A stretch of DNA of 64,000 nucleotides. It comes from Alphaproteobacteria bacterium. GTDB lineage: Bacteria > Pseudomonadota > Alphaproteobacteria > Bin95. How positions within the stretch are numbered: the first letter of the stretch is position 1; every line of letters starts with the position of its first letter. Below the pieces are notes generated by a model that was given only the letters and a program-made list of their open reading frames with translations, did no database searches and had not been told where the DNA came from. A program made the translations under genes and the position numbers. The stretch covers positions 128,001-192,000 of the forward strand of contig CAXXWS020000003.1 of NCBI GenBank assembly GCA_963665325.3, in the 5' to 3' direction. Below, piece by piece: positions 22,143 through 31,032 of this stretch.

Positions 22143-23407
22143 CCACTCCCCATCTCCTTTCCGGCCTCGACGCCGCCGCCGCCATCCGGGCGGGGGACCT
22201 GACTTCCGAGAGGCTGGTCGAGTCCTGCCTCGCGCATATCGAGGCTCGCGACGAGCAGGTCGGCGCGTGGATCCATCTCGACCCGGAAGCCGCGCTCGCG
22301 GAAGCACGGCAGCGCGACCGGGAGGAGCCCCGCTCGGCGCTCCACGGCGTGCCGGCAGGCATCAAGGACATCATCGACACGCATGACATGCCGACCGGCT
22401 ACGGCTCGCCGATCTACACGCCCGGCAACCGCCCGGCCTGGGACGCAGCGCCCGTGGCGCTCTTGCGCGAGGCGGGCATGGTGGTGCTCGGCAAGACCGT
22501 GACGACCGAGTTCGCCATGCGCCATCCGGGCAAGACCCGCAACCCCGCGAACCCGGAGCACACGCCCGGCGGCTCCTCGCAGGGCTCGGCCGCCGGGGTC
22601 GCCGACCACCAGGTACCGCTTGCCATCGGCACCCAGACCGCGGGCTCGGTCGTTCGCCCGGCCTCCTATTGCGGCGCGGTCGGCTTCAAGCCCACCTTCG
22701 GCACGGTGCCGCGTGCGGGCGTGAAACCGATTTCCGAGACGCTGGACACGGTGGGCTCCATGGCGCGCACGGCCGCCGACGCCGGCGCCTTCGTGCAGGC
22801 CATGGCCGGCATTCCCATCGAGCCTGTCGAGGCGCGGGAGGTTCGTTTCGCCGTCTGCCGGAGCCCGGCCTGGCATGCGGTCGAGCCGTCCTCCGCCGAG
22901 GCGATGGAGGTTGCGCGCGCGGCCGCCGGCGCCATACCCGGCGACCTGGAGCTGCCATCGCCCTGCGACGAGATACTGGCTGCCCACGATGTCATCATGC
23001 CCTATGAGGGCGCGCGCCTGCTCGCTTACGAATACCGCATGCGCCGGGAGGACATGAGCGAGGCCATCCGCCAGGTCGTGGAGACCGGGCTCGGCATCGA
23101 CCGCGACCGCTATCTCTGGGCGCTCGTCGTCCGCGAGGCGGCGCGTGCGGCTTTCGAGAGCGTCTTCGAGGACGTGGATGCGCTGATTACCCCTGCGGCT
23201 CCGGGCGAGGCGCCGGAAGGGCTCGGCTGGACCGGCTCGCCCGAATTCAACCGCATCTGGACGACGATGGGCGTGCCCTGCATCACCTTGCCCGGGTTTT
23301 CGCCTGGCAACGGGCTGCCGGTCGGAGTCCAGCTCGTCGGCCGAACGGGCGGCGATGCCGACCTGCTCGCCGCCGCCGCCTGGCTGCATCCGCGCCTCGC
23401 CGGGTGA
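22139..23407 (+). CDS. Amidase signature family protein
   Basis: GIKDIID, TPGGSSQGSAA, GTQTAGSVVRPASYCG. Confidence 0.93.
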   Translation: MTTPHLLSGLDAAAAIRAGDLTSERLVESCLAHIEARDEQVGAWIHLDPEAALAEARQRDREEPRSALHGVPAGIKDIIDTHDMPTGYGSPIYTPGNRPAWDAAPVALLREAGMVVLGKTVTTEFAMRHPGKTRNPANPEHTPGGSSQGSAAGVADHQVPLAIGTQTAGSVVRPASYCGAVGFKPTFGTVPRAGVKPISETLDTVGSMARTAADAGAFVQAMAGIPIEPVEAREVRFAVCRSPAWHAVEPSSAEAMEVARAAAGAIPGDLELPSPCDEILAAHDVIMPYEGARLLAYEYRMRREDMSEAIRQVVETGLGIDRDRYLWALVVREAARAAFESVFEDVDALITPAAPGEAPEGLGWTGSPEFNRIWTTMGVPCITLPGFSPGNGLPVGVQLVGRTGGDADLLAAAAWLHPRLAG

Positions 23408-23415
23408 GGACGGCC

Positions 23416-24321
23416 ATGGGCAGCTTCGAGGCCTTTCGGGCGCTTCCCCACGCGATCACGCTGCTGGGCATGTCGGGGGTCGGCAAGACCGTGCTCTCGA
23501 CATCGCTGCGCCGGTCGGCCAACTGGTACCACTATTCGGCCGACTACCGCATCGGCACGCGCTACCTGGCCGAGCACATACTCGACAACATCAAGTTCAA
23601 GATCATGTCGATGGCGGACCGCTTCGTCGCCGACCTGCTGCGATCCGATTCGATCTATATCGAGCACAATATCTCGGTCGACAATCTGGAGCCGGTCTCG
23701 ACTTTCCTCGGCATGTACGGCGATCCGGATGCGGGCGGGCTCGACATGGAGACCTTCCTCTGGCGCCAGGGCCTCTACCGGGACGCCGAGATACAGTCGA
23801 TGCTCGACATGCCGGACTTCATCGCCAAGGGCTGGCGGCTCTATGGCTGCGAGAGTTTCGTCAATGACGCCTCCGGCTCGCTCTGCGAGGTGGTCGATCT
23901 CGACAATCCGGAGGACCCGGTGCTGGAACGGCTCACGGGCCACAGCCTGATCGTCTATATCCGCGCGGACGCCGCCTTCGAGGAGACGCTGAAGGAGCGC
24001 GCCCGCACCCATCCGAAACCGCTGTTCTATAATCCCGACTTCCTGATGCCGCGCCTGGAGGGCATGCCCGGGGATGGCGCGGGCGTCGATCCGGTAGGAT
24101 TCGTGCGCCCGCTCTTTCCCGAGCTGCTGGCCTTTCGCCGGCCCCGCTATGAGCGCCTCGCCCGTCACGGCCTGGCGCTGGAGACCGCAGACGTGTTCCC
24201 GAATAACAGCGTTCCCGATGCGGACGGCTTCCTCGCGACCCTCTGGGAGTGCGGCGGCGACCGGCTGGACGGCTACGTCGAGATCTGCGAGCGGCGCCGG
24301 GCGGAAAGGAAGGGCGGCTGA
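23416..24321 (+). CDS. Uncharacterised P-loop ATPase associated with metA
   Basis: LLGMSGVGKT Walker A, WYHYSADYRIGTRYL, DASGSLCEVVD; TGATG coupling to metA. Confidence 0.8.
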   Translation: MGSFEAFRALPHAITLLGMSGVGKTVLSTSLRRSANWYHYSADYRIGTRYLAEHILDNIKFKIMSMADRFVADLLRSDSIYIEHNISVDNLEPVSTFLGMYGDPDAGGLDMETFLWRQGLYRDAEIQSMLDMPDFIAKGWRLYGCESFVNDASGSLCEVVDLDNPEDPVLERLTGHSLIVYIRADAAFEETLKERARTHPKPLFYNPDFLMPRLEGMPGDGAGVDPVGFVRPLFPELLAFRRPRYERLARHGLALETADVFPNNSVPDADGFLATLWECGGDRLDGYVEICERRRAERKGG

Positions 24322-25199
24322 TGGCCATTCGGCTTGCAGAAGGACTGCCGGCGGCGGCCGAGCTTGCGCGAGAGGGCGTACCGCTCTTCTCCGACGACCG
24401 GCCGGCGCGGCGCGTCCTCATGGTCAACCTCATGCCGGAGAAACAGAAGACCGAGCGCCAGATCGGGCGCAAGCTCGGGCTCGCCGGCCCCGATATCGCG
24501 CTCTCGCTCGCGGTTCCGTCGCGCTACCGGGGCAAGAACGCCGATCCCGGACACATGGCCGCCTTCTACGGGGGGCTGGAAGCAGCGGATCAAGCGGACG
24601 GCGTGATCCTGACCGGCGCGCCCATCGAACTGCTGGACTTCCAGGAGGTCGATTACTGGGAGGAAATCGCGCATATGCTGGACGGGCTGCGTGCCCGGAA
24701 GACGCCGCTTTTCACGCTCTGCTGGGCGGCGCAGGCGGCGCTCTACCGCTATTACGGCGTACCGAAACACGCGCTGCCTGAAAAGCGCTTCGGCGTGTTC
24801 GAGCACCGGATCGCCGCGCCCGCGAACCCCGCCATGGCCGGGATCGAGGGGCCGGTGGCGATGCCGGTCTCGCGCCATACCGAGACACGCCGCGAGGACC
24901 TCGAACGGGTCGGCGAAGGCCTCGACCTGCTGCTGGATCATGACGAGGCGAATGTCGGCGCCATCTGCGAACCGGCGCTCGGCCATGTCCACGCGCTCAA
25001 CCATTTCGAATATGAGGCGGGGACGCTCGACGACGAATACCGCCGCGATCTCGGACGCCGCGACGACGTGCCGGCGCCGAAGGCCTACTACCCGGACGAC
25101 GACCCGACGCAACCGCCCGGGGACCGCTGGCGCGCCGCCGGCGAGCGCTTCTATGCAAACTGGGTGGCCATGCTGGCGCGCCGGGAGCAGAACCGGTGA
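24321..25199 (+). CDS. metA: Homoserine O-acyltransferase MetA (probably acetyltransferase)
   Basis: NLMPEKQKTE, LTGAPIE, CWAAQAALY catalytic Cys, PVSRHTE, NHFEY. Confidence 0.88.
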   Translation: MAIRLAEGLPAAAELAREGVPLFSDDRPARRVLMVNLMPEKQKTERQIGRKLGLAGPDIALSLAVPSRYRGKNADPGHMAAFYGGLEAADQADGVILTGAPIELLDFQEVDYWEEIAHMLDGLRARKTPLFTLCWAAQAALYRYYGVPKHALPEKRFGVFEHRIAAPANPAMAGIEGPVAMPVSRHTETRREDLERVGEGLDLLLDHDEANVGAICEPALGHVHALNHFEYEAGTLDDEYRRDLGRRDDVPAPKAYYPDDDPTQPPGDRWRAAGERFYANWVAMLARREQNR

Positions 25200-25813
25200 G
25201 CTACACGCTATACAACCGGCCGGGCTCGGGCGGCTTTGTGGTCGAGGCGGCGTTGACGCTGGCGGAGGCGCGGTTCGAACTCGTCGAGCTGGACTCGAAG
25301 GCCGGAACGCCGTTGCCGGATAGCTTTCGCACCACTAACCCCTGGGGCCAGTTGCCGACCCTGATCCTGCCGGACAGCACGGTCATGACCGAGACCTCGG
25401 CGATCCTGATCCACCTCGCGGCCTGCTTCCCGGAAAAGGGCCTGGCGCCCCCGTCCGGCACGCCGGCGCACGCGGCCTTCCTGCGCTGGACGGTCTTCGC
25501 CAATATCAATCTTTACGAAGCAGTGCTCAGGCGGGGCTACCCGTTCCGCTTTACCGACGATGCCGGGGGACACGACGCGCTCCGGAGCGCCGCCATCCGC
25601 CGTATGGGCGAGGCGCTGGCCCTCGTCGACGCGCATGTCGAGGGGCCGTTCCTGCTGGGCGATGACATGACGGTGGCGGACATCTACCTCGCCATGTTCC
25701 TTCTCTGGTACCGTGGCGACATCGACGCGCCCCGCCTCGCCCGGATCGGGAAAGCGGTTCGCCGCCACCCGGTCGTCGGCCCGATCTGGCGCCGCCATTA
25801 CGGCGACCGGTAA
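25196..25813 (+). CDS. Glutathione S-transferase family protein
   Basis: NPWGQLPTL...MTETSAIL, FLLGDDMTVADIYL. Confidence 0.9.
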   Translation: MSYTLYNRPGSGGFVVEAALTLAEARFELVELDSKAGTPLPDSFRTTNPWGQLPTLILPDSTVMTETSAILIHLAACFPEKGLAPPSGTPAHAAFLRWTVFANINLYEAVLRRGYPFRFTDDAGGHDALRSAAIRRMGEALALVDAHVEGPFLLGDDMTVADIYLAMFLLWYRGDIDAPRLARIGKAVRRHPVVGPIWRRHYGDR

Positions 25814-25868
25814 GGGGAAGGAGAGGGTCGCCCCTGTCTGTTGACGCCCTTGACGTTCGGTCTTTACT

Positions 25869-25885
25869 TAGTCCATATTGGACTA
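25869..25885. promoter_or_regulatory. Palindromic operator of the TA operon (TAGTCCA-TAT-TGGACTA)
   Basis: Perfect 7-bp inverted repeat just upstream of the antitoxin start; type II TA operons are autoregulated at such sites. Confidence 0.6.
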
Positions 25886-25907
25886 GATAAATGAATCCGG
25901 GGAAGCG

Positions 25908-26192
25908 ATGAGCAGCAAACGCCCAGGGGCCCGCCGGGTCTGGACCGTCGCCGAAGCCAAGTCGCGCCTGTCCGAAGTGCTGCGCCTGGCTGAGGAAGAG
26001 GGGCCGCAGCATATCGGCAGGAGGCGGGCTTTCGTGGTCGTGCCCGCCGGCGAGTGGTATGCGAAGACGCAGCCCCGGCCGCCCATGGGCCGATGGCTGG
26101 TGGAGAACATGCCCCGCGGCACCAATCTCGATCTTCCCCCGGACAGGCGGTCCCGGAGGGAGATTCCCTTTGCAGACGGCGCCGGTGAATGA
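25908..26192 (+). CDS. Phd/YefM family antitoxin
   Basis: WTVAEAKSRLSEVLRLAEEEGPQHI; ATGA overlap with a PIN toxin gene. Confidence 0.88.
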   Translation: MSSKRPGARRVWTVAEAKSRLSEVLRLAEEEGPQHIGRRRAFVVVPAGEWYAKTQPRPPMGRWLVENMPRGTNLDLPPDRRSRREIPFADGAGE

Positions 26193-26608
26193 CGGGATTC
26201 CTGCTCGACACGAATGTGGTGTCGGAACTGACGAGGGACGCAGCCGATCCAAGCGTTCTGGTGTTCCTTGCCGAGCATGACGATTTGTGGCTGTCCACCA
26301 TCGTCCTGCACGAACTGGACTATGGCGCGGGCCTGCTTCCATCCGGGCGACGCCGGGACGCGATAAGCAGCGCGCTGGCGGCGTTCGTGGCGAAATACGA
26401 AGACCGCATCCTTCCGATCGGGCGTCCGGAAGCCGCCGAGGCGGCGGCGCTCCGGGCCCGGGCGCGGCATTCGGGCCGCGTGCTGGACCTGGGCGACGCA
26501 CTCATTGCGGGAACCGCCGGCGCGAACGACCTCTCGGTCGCGACGAGGAACGTTCGGGATTTCGAAGGCCTCGGCCTCGCTGTCGTGAACCCCTGGAACC
26601 CGCTGTAG
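26189..26608 (+). CDS. vapC: VapC-type PIN domain toxin
   Basis: FLLDTNVVSE, DALIAGTA, VATRNVRDF, VVNPW. Confidence 0.92.
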   Translation: MTGFLLDTNVVSELTRDAADPSVLVFLAEHDDLWLSTIVLHELDYGAGLLPSGRRRDAISSALAAFVAKYEDRILPIGRPEAAEAAALRARARHSGRVLDLGDALIAGTAGANDLSVATRNVRDFEGLGLAVVNPWNPL

Positions 26609-26643
26609 CAGGTATCGCCGGGCCGCGCCGCAGACAAGGTCGT

Positions 26644-26961
26644 TCAGGCCGCGACGGAGATCGCGCCTGCGTCGTTGTCCACGATTACCGGCGACTCGAA
26701 AATCTCTATCGACGGCTCGGCGCCGTAGCGCTCGCGGATGCTGGCCTTCCAGGCGTCGTCGTAGAGCCGTTCGGCGTCCTCCCGCGACTCGAACACATAG
26801 ACGCCGCCGCCGGTCCGCGCTTCCTCGGAGAAAAGATAATATTTCCGCACCAGGCCCCGGACGCTGCGATAGCGCGGGGCGGATGCCTCAAAAGCGGCCG
26901 TGGCCGCCTCGCGCGTCATGCCAGCCGAGAGCGGGATGCGAACGATTGCAGTTACCGCCAT
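26644..26961 (-). CDS. YdhR-like monooxygenase family protein
   Basis: APRYRSVRGLVRKYYL...GGGVYVFESREDA. Confidence 0.75.
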   Translation of the reverse strand: MAVTAIVRIPLSAGMTREAATAAFEASAPRYRSVRGLVRKYYLFSEEARTGGGVYVFESREDAERLYDDAWKASIRERYGAEPSIEIFESPVIVDNDAGAISVAA

Positions 26962-27041
26962 GATTCAGGTCCTCCCAGGTTCGCCGTTTCGCGGCCAGAC
27001 TATCACCCGGACCGCACCCCGTCACCGGGTCCGGCGCGGCG

Positions 27042-27335
27042 TCAATCGACCCCTTCGACCATCCGCAGGTCGCGCTCGACCGCCCCTTCGAGCTTTGCGG
27101 CCGCCGCTTGGTAGGCCTCGCTGTCATGGGTCGCCACGGCCTGCTCGAAGCTCGCGAACTCGATGACCACGGTGCGCTCCCCGATGCCCGCTTCATAGGC
27201 CTGCACCCGCCCGCCGCGCGCGAGAAACCTGCCGCCGCCCGCCTCTATCGCCGGCCCCGCGAGCTTTGCATATTCCACCAGCGCGTCGGGATTCGTTATC
27301 GACCGGTAACAGCTCACCCAGTAACCCTTCGCCAT
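27042..27335 (-). CDS. DUF1330 family protein
   Basis: GGRFLARGG...RTVVIEFASFEQA...SEAYQAA. Confidence 0.88.
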   Translation of the reverse strand: MAKGYWVSCYRSITNPDALVEYAKLAGPAIEAGGGRFLARGGRVQAYEAGIGERTVVIEFASFEQAVATHDSEAYQAAAAKLEGAVERDLRMVEGVD

Positions 27336-27428
27336 CCTGTCCTCCCTGCCGACGGTGCGTCCAGAGGAGCATAGCCCGGTCCGGCGCGCGCGGTAAATTC
27401 ATCAGGAAACCCGGGGCCTCTGCCGGAA

Positions 27429-27980
27429 CTATGCGCTGCCGCGCCTCAGCAGGGCGTCCAGCGAGACGGGGCCGGCGCCGCGGGCGATGGGGATGAGCAG
27501 CAGGAAGATCCAGAAGAGCCGCTGGTCGAGGATTTTCGCGTCCGGCACATTGTCGAACCACATGCCGATCGTTGCCGCGTCGGCTCCATGGCCCACGATA
27601 TCGACAAAGCTCATCACCAGGATGAACCCGATCATGGCGAGGCTGGCGGCGCGGGTGAACAGGCCCACCACGATCAGCGCCGGGATGATGAACTCCGCCC
27701 ATGTGCCGGCCAGCACGATGAGGTCCGCGATAAAGCCGAGCTGCGACTCGTTATAGCCGACCGCCTCCATCTGCGCCGGGAGTATCTGCACATAGGCGCC
27801 GGCCGACAGCGAGAAGATGCCGCCGATCCCTTCCCCGAGCTTGGTCATTGCCGACGACCAGAAGAAGGTGGCGAGCGTCGCCAGAAACACCAGGCGCGCG
27901 AGGGTCGGCACGGCCGCGCCGTCGAGGAACCGCCCGACCGGTCCCAGAATGGCGTCTTCGAGGCGGTAGAGAGCATTCAT
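27429..27980 (-). CDS. DoxX family membrane protein (BufD-like)
   Basis: ARLVFLATLATFFWSSAMTK, EFIIPALIVVGLFTRAAS, GAGPVSLD; last gene of the MNIO cluster. Confidence 0.85.
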   Translation of the reverse strand: MNALYRLEDAILGPVGRFLDGAAVPTLARLVFLATLATFFWSSAMTKLGEGIGGIFSLSAGAYVQILPAQMEAVGYNESQLGFIADLIVLAGTWAEFIIPALIVVGLFTRAASLAMIGFILVMSFVDIVGHGADAATIGMWFDNVPDAKILDQRLFWIFLLLIPIARGAGPVSLDALLRRGSA

Positions 27981-27999
27981 TGCGAGTTCTCCCGACATT

Positions 28000-28749
28000 T
28001 CACACTGAGATTATCCCGATGGCCTGCGCGGCGAAGACCACGCTGAGAGTGGCGCCGAGATCGAAATCCGGCGCGTGCGCCATGGCCTTGTCCGCTGCCC
28101 GCCCCAGCGGCTCTCCGGCCCGGAGCGCCAGCAGGAAGCCGGCGCCGCCCGGAGGAAGGAGGTGCATGAGCACGGCGTCTGCCGGCCGCGACACCAGCAC
28201 ATCCTCGGCAGCGGGCAGGACCGGGGCCTTGTCCTCCGTCGCGTTGAAGCGCCAGATCGAATAGACCGGATGCGCCGAGCGAACGACATGGCATGCGGCC
28301 CGCAGGACGAGCCGGGTTTGCATGAGCGCCGCCGCCTCGCGCTCGCCCAGGACCGAGGGGTCGGCGGCGGGGTCGTCGGCTGCGTGGTAGGACACGCGGC
28401 GGGCATGTTCGAGACGCGCCACATCCGGCAGGTAGGCGAACCTGTCCACGGGCTCGAAGCTCTCCAGAAACGCCGCGAAACCTTCCCCGTAGAACATCAT
28501 GCGCGGCGACGAAGGCGGATGGGCGCGCACATAGACGCCCGCCATCGCCTCGAAGAATTCCTCGCCGACAAGCGCCCGCACGACAGGGAACGCCTCGCCG
28601 AGCGCTTCGATGAGCGCGACAACGACATTGTTGCGGTAGATGTCGAAACGCCGCCCCGCCGGCAGGCCGTTCGGCCGGACCAGGCCCGCCGGGACCGGTT
28701 TCGCCGGATCGAGCAGGGCCTCCACGAACGCGCTCTGGTAGTCAGGCAT
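28000..28749 (-). CDS. DUF2063 MNIO partner protein (BufC/HvfC-like)
   Basis: RFDIYRNNVVVALIEAL...FPVVRALVGEEFF, YLPDVARLE. Confidence 0.88.
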   Translation of the reverse strand: MPDYQSAFVEALLDPAKPVPAGLVRPNGLPAGRRFDIYRNNVVVALIEALGEAFPVVRALVGEEFFEAMAGVYVRAHPPSSPRMMFYGEGFAAFLESFEPVDRFAYLPDVARLEHARRVSYHAADDPAADPSVLGEREAAALMQTRLVLRAACHVVRSAHPVYSIWRFNATEDKAPVLPAAEDVLVSRPADAVLMHLLPPGGAGFLLALRAGEPLGRAADKAMAHAPDFDLGATLSVVFAAQAIGIISV

Positions 28750-29599
28750 GGCAGTTCGCGAGCATCGCACCGGCCCGCGCGGCCTCGGCGGCGAGTACCG
28801 GCCATTCGGGCACGTCGTTGTCCCATTCGATCAGGGTCGGAAGCGGCCCCCAGCGCGCCAGCACACGGGCGAAGAGCGTCCAGACGGCGTCGGCGACGGG
28901 ATTGTTGTGCGCATCGATCAGCAGCGGGCCGCCATCCTCATCCGCCTCCGCCTCGTGGCCGGCGAGATGGATTTCCCCGACAAGGGCCATGGGGAAGGCG
29001 TCGAGATAGGCCTCGGCATCGCAGGCCCCGTTGACCGCCGAGACATACACATTGTTGACATCGAGCAGGAGGCCGCAGCCGGTGCGCGCGGCAACCGCGC
29101 CCAGGAACTCGACCTCGGCCACCGTGCTGGAGGAGAAGCCGAGATAGTTGGAGGGGTTCTCAAGCAGGATGCGGCGGCCAAGGCGCGCCTGCACTTCGTC
29201 GATATGGTCCGAGACCCGCGCGAGAGTCGCCTCGTCGCAGGGCAGCGGTAGGAGATCGGCCAGATATCCGCCGCCATGGCTGGACCAGGCGAGATGTTCG
29301 GAAACGCTTGCGGGCTGCAGCCAGGAGACCAGATGCGCCAGCCGCCCCAGATGCTCTGCGTCAAGCGGTCCCTCCGACCCGATGGAAAGGCCGACGCCGT
29401 GGCAGGAAATCGGGAGCCGCTCGGCGACCCGCCGGAGCCCGGCGATCGCGGGGCCGCCGCCGACCATGTAGTTTTCCGCGTGAATCTCGACCCAGGAGAC
29501 CGGGCCGGGCGATGCGAGGATGTCTTCGAGATGCCGGGGCTTGAAACCGACGCCGGCCTCGGGAGGCAGGCCGCTCCACACTCTGTCCATGCCGTCCAT
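28742..29599 (-). CDS. DUF692 multinuclear non-heme iron oxidative enzyme (BufB-like)
   Basis: EIHAENYM, HGVGLSIG, SEHLAWS, LLENPSNY, LLDVNNVYVS, EIHLAGH, IDAH, LIEWDND. Confidence 0.93.
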   Translation of the reverse strand: MDGMDRVWSGLPPEAGVGFKPRHLEDILASPGPVSWVEIHAENYMVGGGPAIAGLRRVAERLPISCHGVGLSIGSEGPLDAEHLGRLAHLVSWLQPASVSEHLAWSSHGGGYLADLLPLPCDEATLARVSDHIDEVQARLGRRILLENPSNYLGFSSSTVAEVEFLGAVAARTGCGLLLDVNNVYVSAVNGACDAEAYLDAFPMALVGEIHLAGHEAEADEDGGPLLIDAHNNPVADAVWTLFARVLARWGPLPTLIEWDNDVPEWPVLAAEAARAGAMLANCHA

Positions 29600-29632
29600 C
29601 GCGAGTCCTCTGCCGCCAGGCAAGGGCGGTCG

Positions 29633-29661
29633 TCCGCGTCCCGGATTCCCCGGGACGCGGA
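29633..29661 (-). other. 12-bp perfect stem-loop between the precursor and MNIO genes
   Basis: TCCGCGTCCCGG-ATTCC-CCGGGACGCGGA; possible attenuator or mRNA stabiliser. Confidence 0.6.
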
Positions 29662-29671
29662 GGCGCCGTCC

Positions 29672-29965
29672 TCAGCTGGGAAGGTCGCGGTCCAGCGCTT
29701 CCAGCGAGCCGTTGCGGTCGCCGGGCACGTCCATGGTCAGGCAGGTGCCCTTGGGCACGAGCGTCCAGGCATTGCCCTGGTAATCGACGGTGGAGGTGCC
29801 CGCGCAAGTGGTGCCGGGGCCCGCGGCGCAGTCGTTCTTGCCGGCGAGCGAGACGCCGTAGCACTTCTCCTTGTCGCCTGCAGCAGCCGGCGTGGCGGTC
29901 TGCATGGCGAGCGCCGCCGCGACGGCGCTCGCGACTGCGAGGCCCTTGAGTGTCGATGTCTTCAT
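29672..29965 (-). CDS. DUF2282 bufferin-type RiPP precursor (BufA1-like)
   Basis: Sec signal peptide followed by [43 protein letters not shown] (four Cys). Confidence 0.92.
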   Translation of the reverse strand: MKTSTLKGLAVASAVAAALAMQTATPAAAGDKEKCYGVSLAGKNDCAAGPGTTCAGTSTVDYQGNAWTLVPKGTCLTMDVPGDRNGSLEALDRDLPS

Positions 29966-30235
29966 TGCATGTCCTTTCACATTGTCGAGGGTTCAGCAGG
30001 GGCGGTCCGAATCGGTCCACATGCAGATCGTTCCGTTGCCATCGCATGTTTCGCCGCGATCCCGTGCATTGCCATAAGATAGGAACAGTCCCGCGATCCG
30101 CCAAACGCCATGTCGCGACGGCGAACATCAAATCTCGGTGAACGTGCCCGCGATCCGGAATGGGGATGACCGCTCCGGCGGCCGGCCTTACCCTCCGGCC
30201 CGGTCGTTTCCCGAGAAATTCAACGGAGCAGAGCC

Positions 30236-30982
30236 ATGCCCGATCCGCTGTTCGACTTCACCGGCAAGACCGTGCTCGTCACCGGCGGCAGCCGGGGGCT
30301 CGGGCGCGAGATGGCGCTGGGCTTCGCCCGGCGCGGGGCCGATGCGGTCATCGTCTCCCGGCGCGAGGAATCCTGCCGGGCCGTGGCGGCGGAGGTCGAG
30401 GCGCTCGGCCGGCGCGCCTGGGCGATGCCCTGCAACGTCTCGGACTGGGATGCGCTGGAGGACCTGGCGAAGCGGGCCTGGTCGGAGGCCGGCGGCATCG
30501 ACGTGCTGGTCAACAATGCGGGCTCCTCGCCGCTCGCGCCCTCCTCGCTGGAAACGCCGGAGGGGCTGTTCGACAAGGTGCTGGCGCTCAACTTCAAGGG
30601 GCCGTTCCGGCTGACGGCGCTGCTGGGCTCGGCCATGGCGGCGGGCCGGGGCGGAGCTGTGGTCAACATTTCCAGCACCGGCGCCATCCGCCCGCGCCCC
30701 GAGCTCGCGCCCTATGCCGGGGCCAAGGCGGCGCTGAATGCGGTGACGGAGGCCTTTGCCCGCGAATATGCCCCGAAGGTCCGCGTCAACGGAATCATGC
30801 CGGGGCGCTTCCTCACCGACATCTCGCATGCCTGGGACGATGAGACGCGCCGCAACCCCGAAGCCGCGCTCCAGCGCAGCGGCGAGCCGGAAGAAATCGT
30901 CACCGCCGCTCTCTACCTCGCCTCGGACGCCAGCGGCTTCACCACCGGCTCCATCATCCGCGTGGACGGTGGCGCGCCCTGA
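30236..30982 (+). CDS. Short-chain dehydrogenase/reductase
   Basis: TGGSRGLG, NNAG, YAGAK. Confidence 0.92.
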   Translation: MPDPLFDFTGKTVLVTGGSRGLGREMALGFARRGADAVIVSRREESCRAVAAEVEALGRRAWAMPCNVSDWDALEDLAKRAWSEAGGIDVLVNNAGSSPLAPSSLETPEGLFDKVLALNFKGPFRLTALLGSAMAAGRGGAVVNISSTGAIRPRPELAPYAGAKAALNAVTEAFAREYAPKVRVNGIMPGRFLTDISHAWDDETRRNPEAALQRSGEPEEIVTAALYLASDASGFTTGSIIRVDGGAP

Positions 30983-31032
30983 GGGGCAGGCGCGTCTGCT
31001 CCAAACGCCGGAAAGAGGTCAGGGTAGCAACG

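Noticed and set aside
29966-30235. SigF or sigma54 promoter upstream of the bufferin precursor
   Set aside because: I could not find a convincing consensus match by eye.
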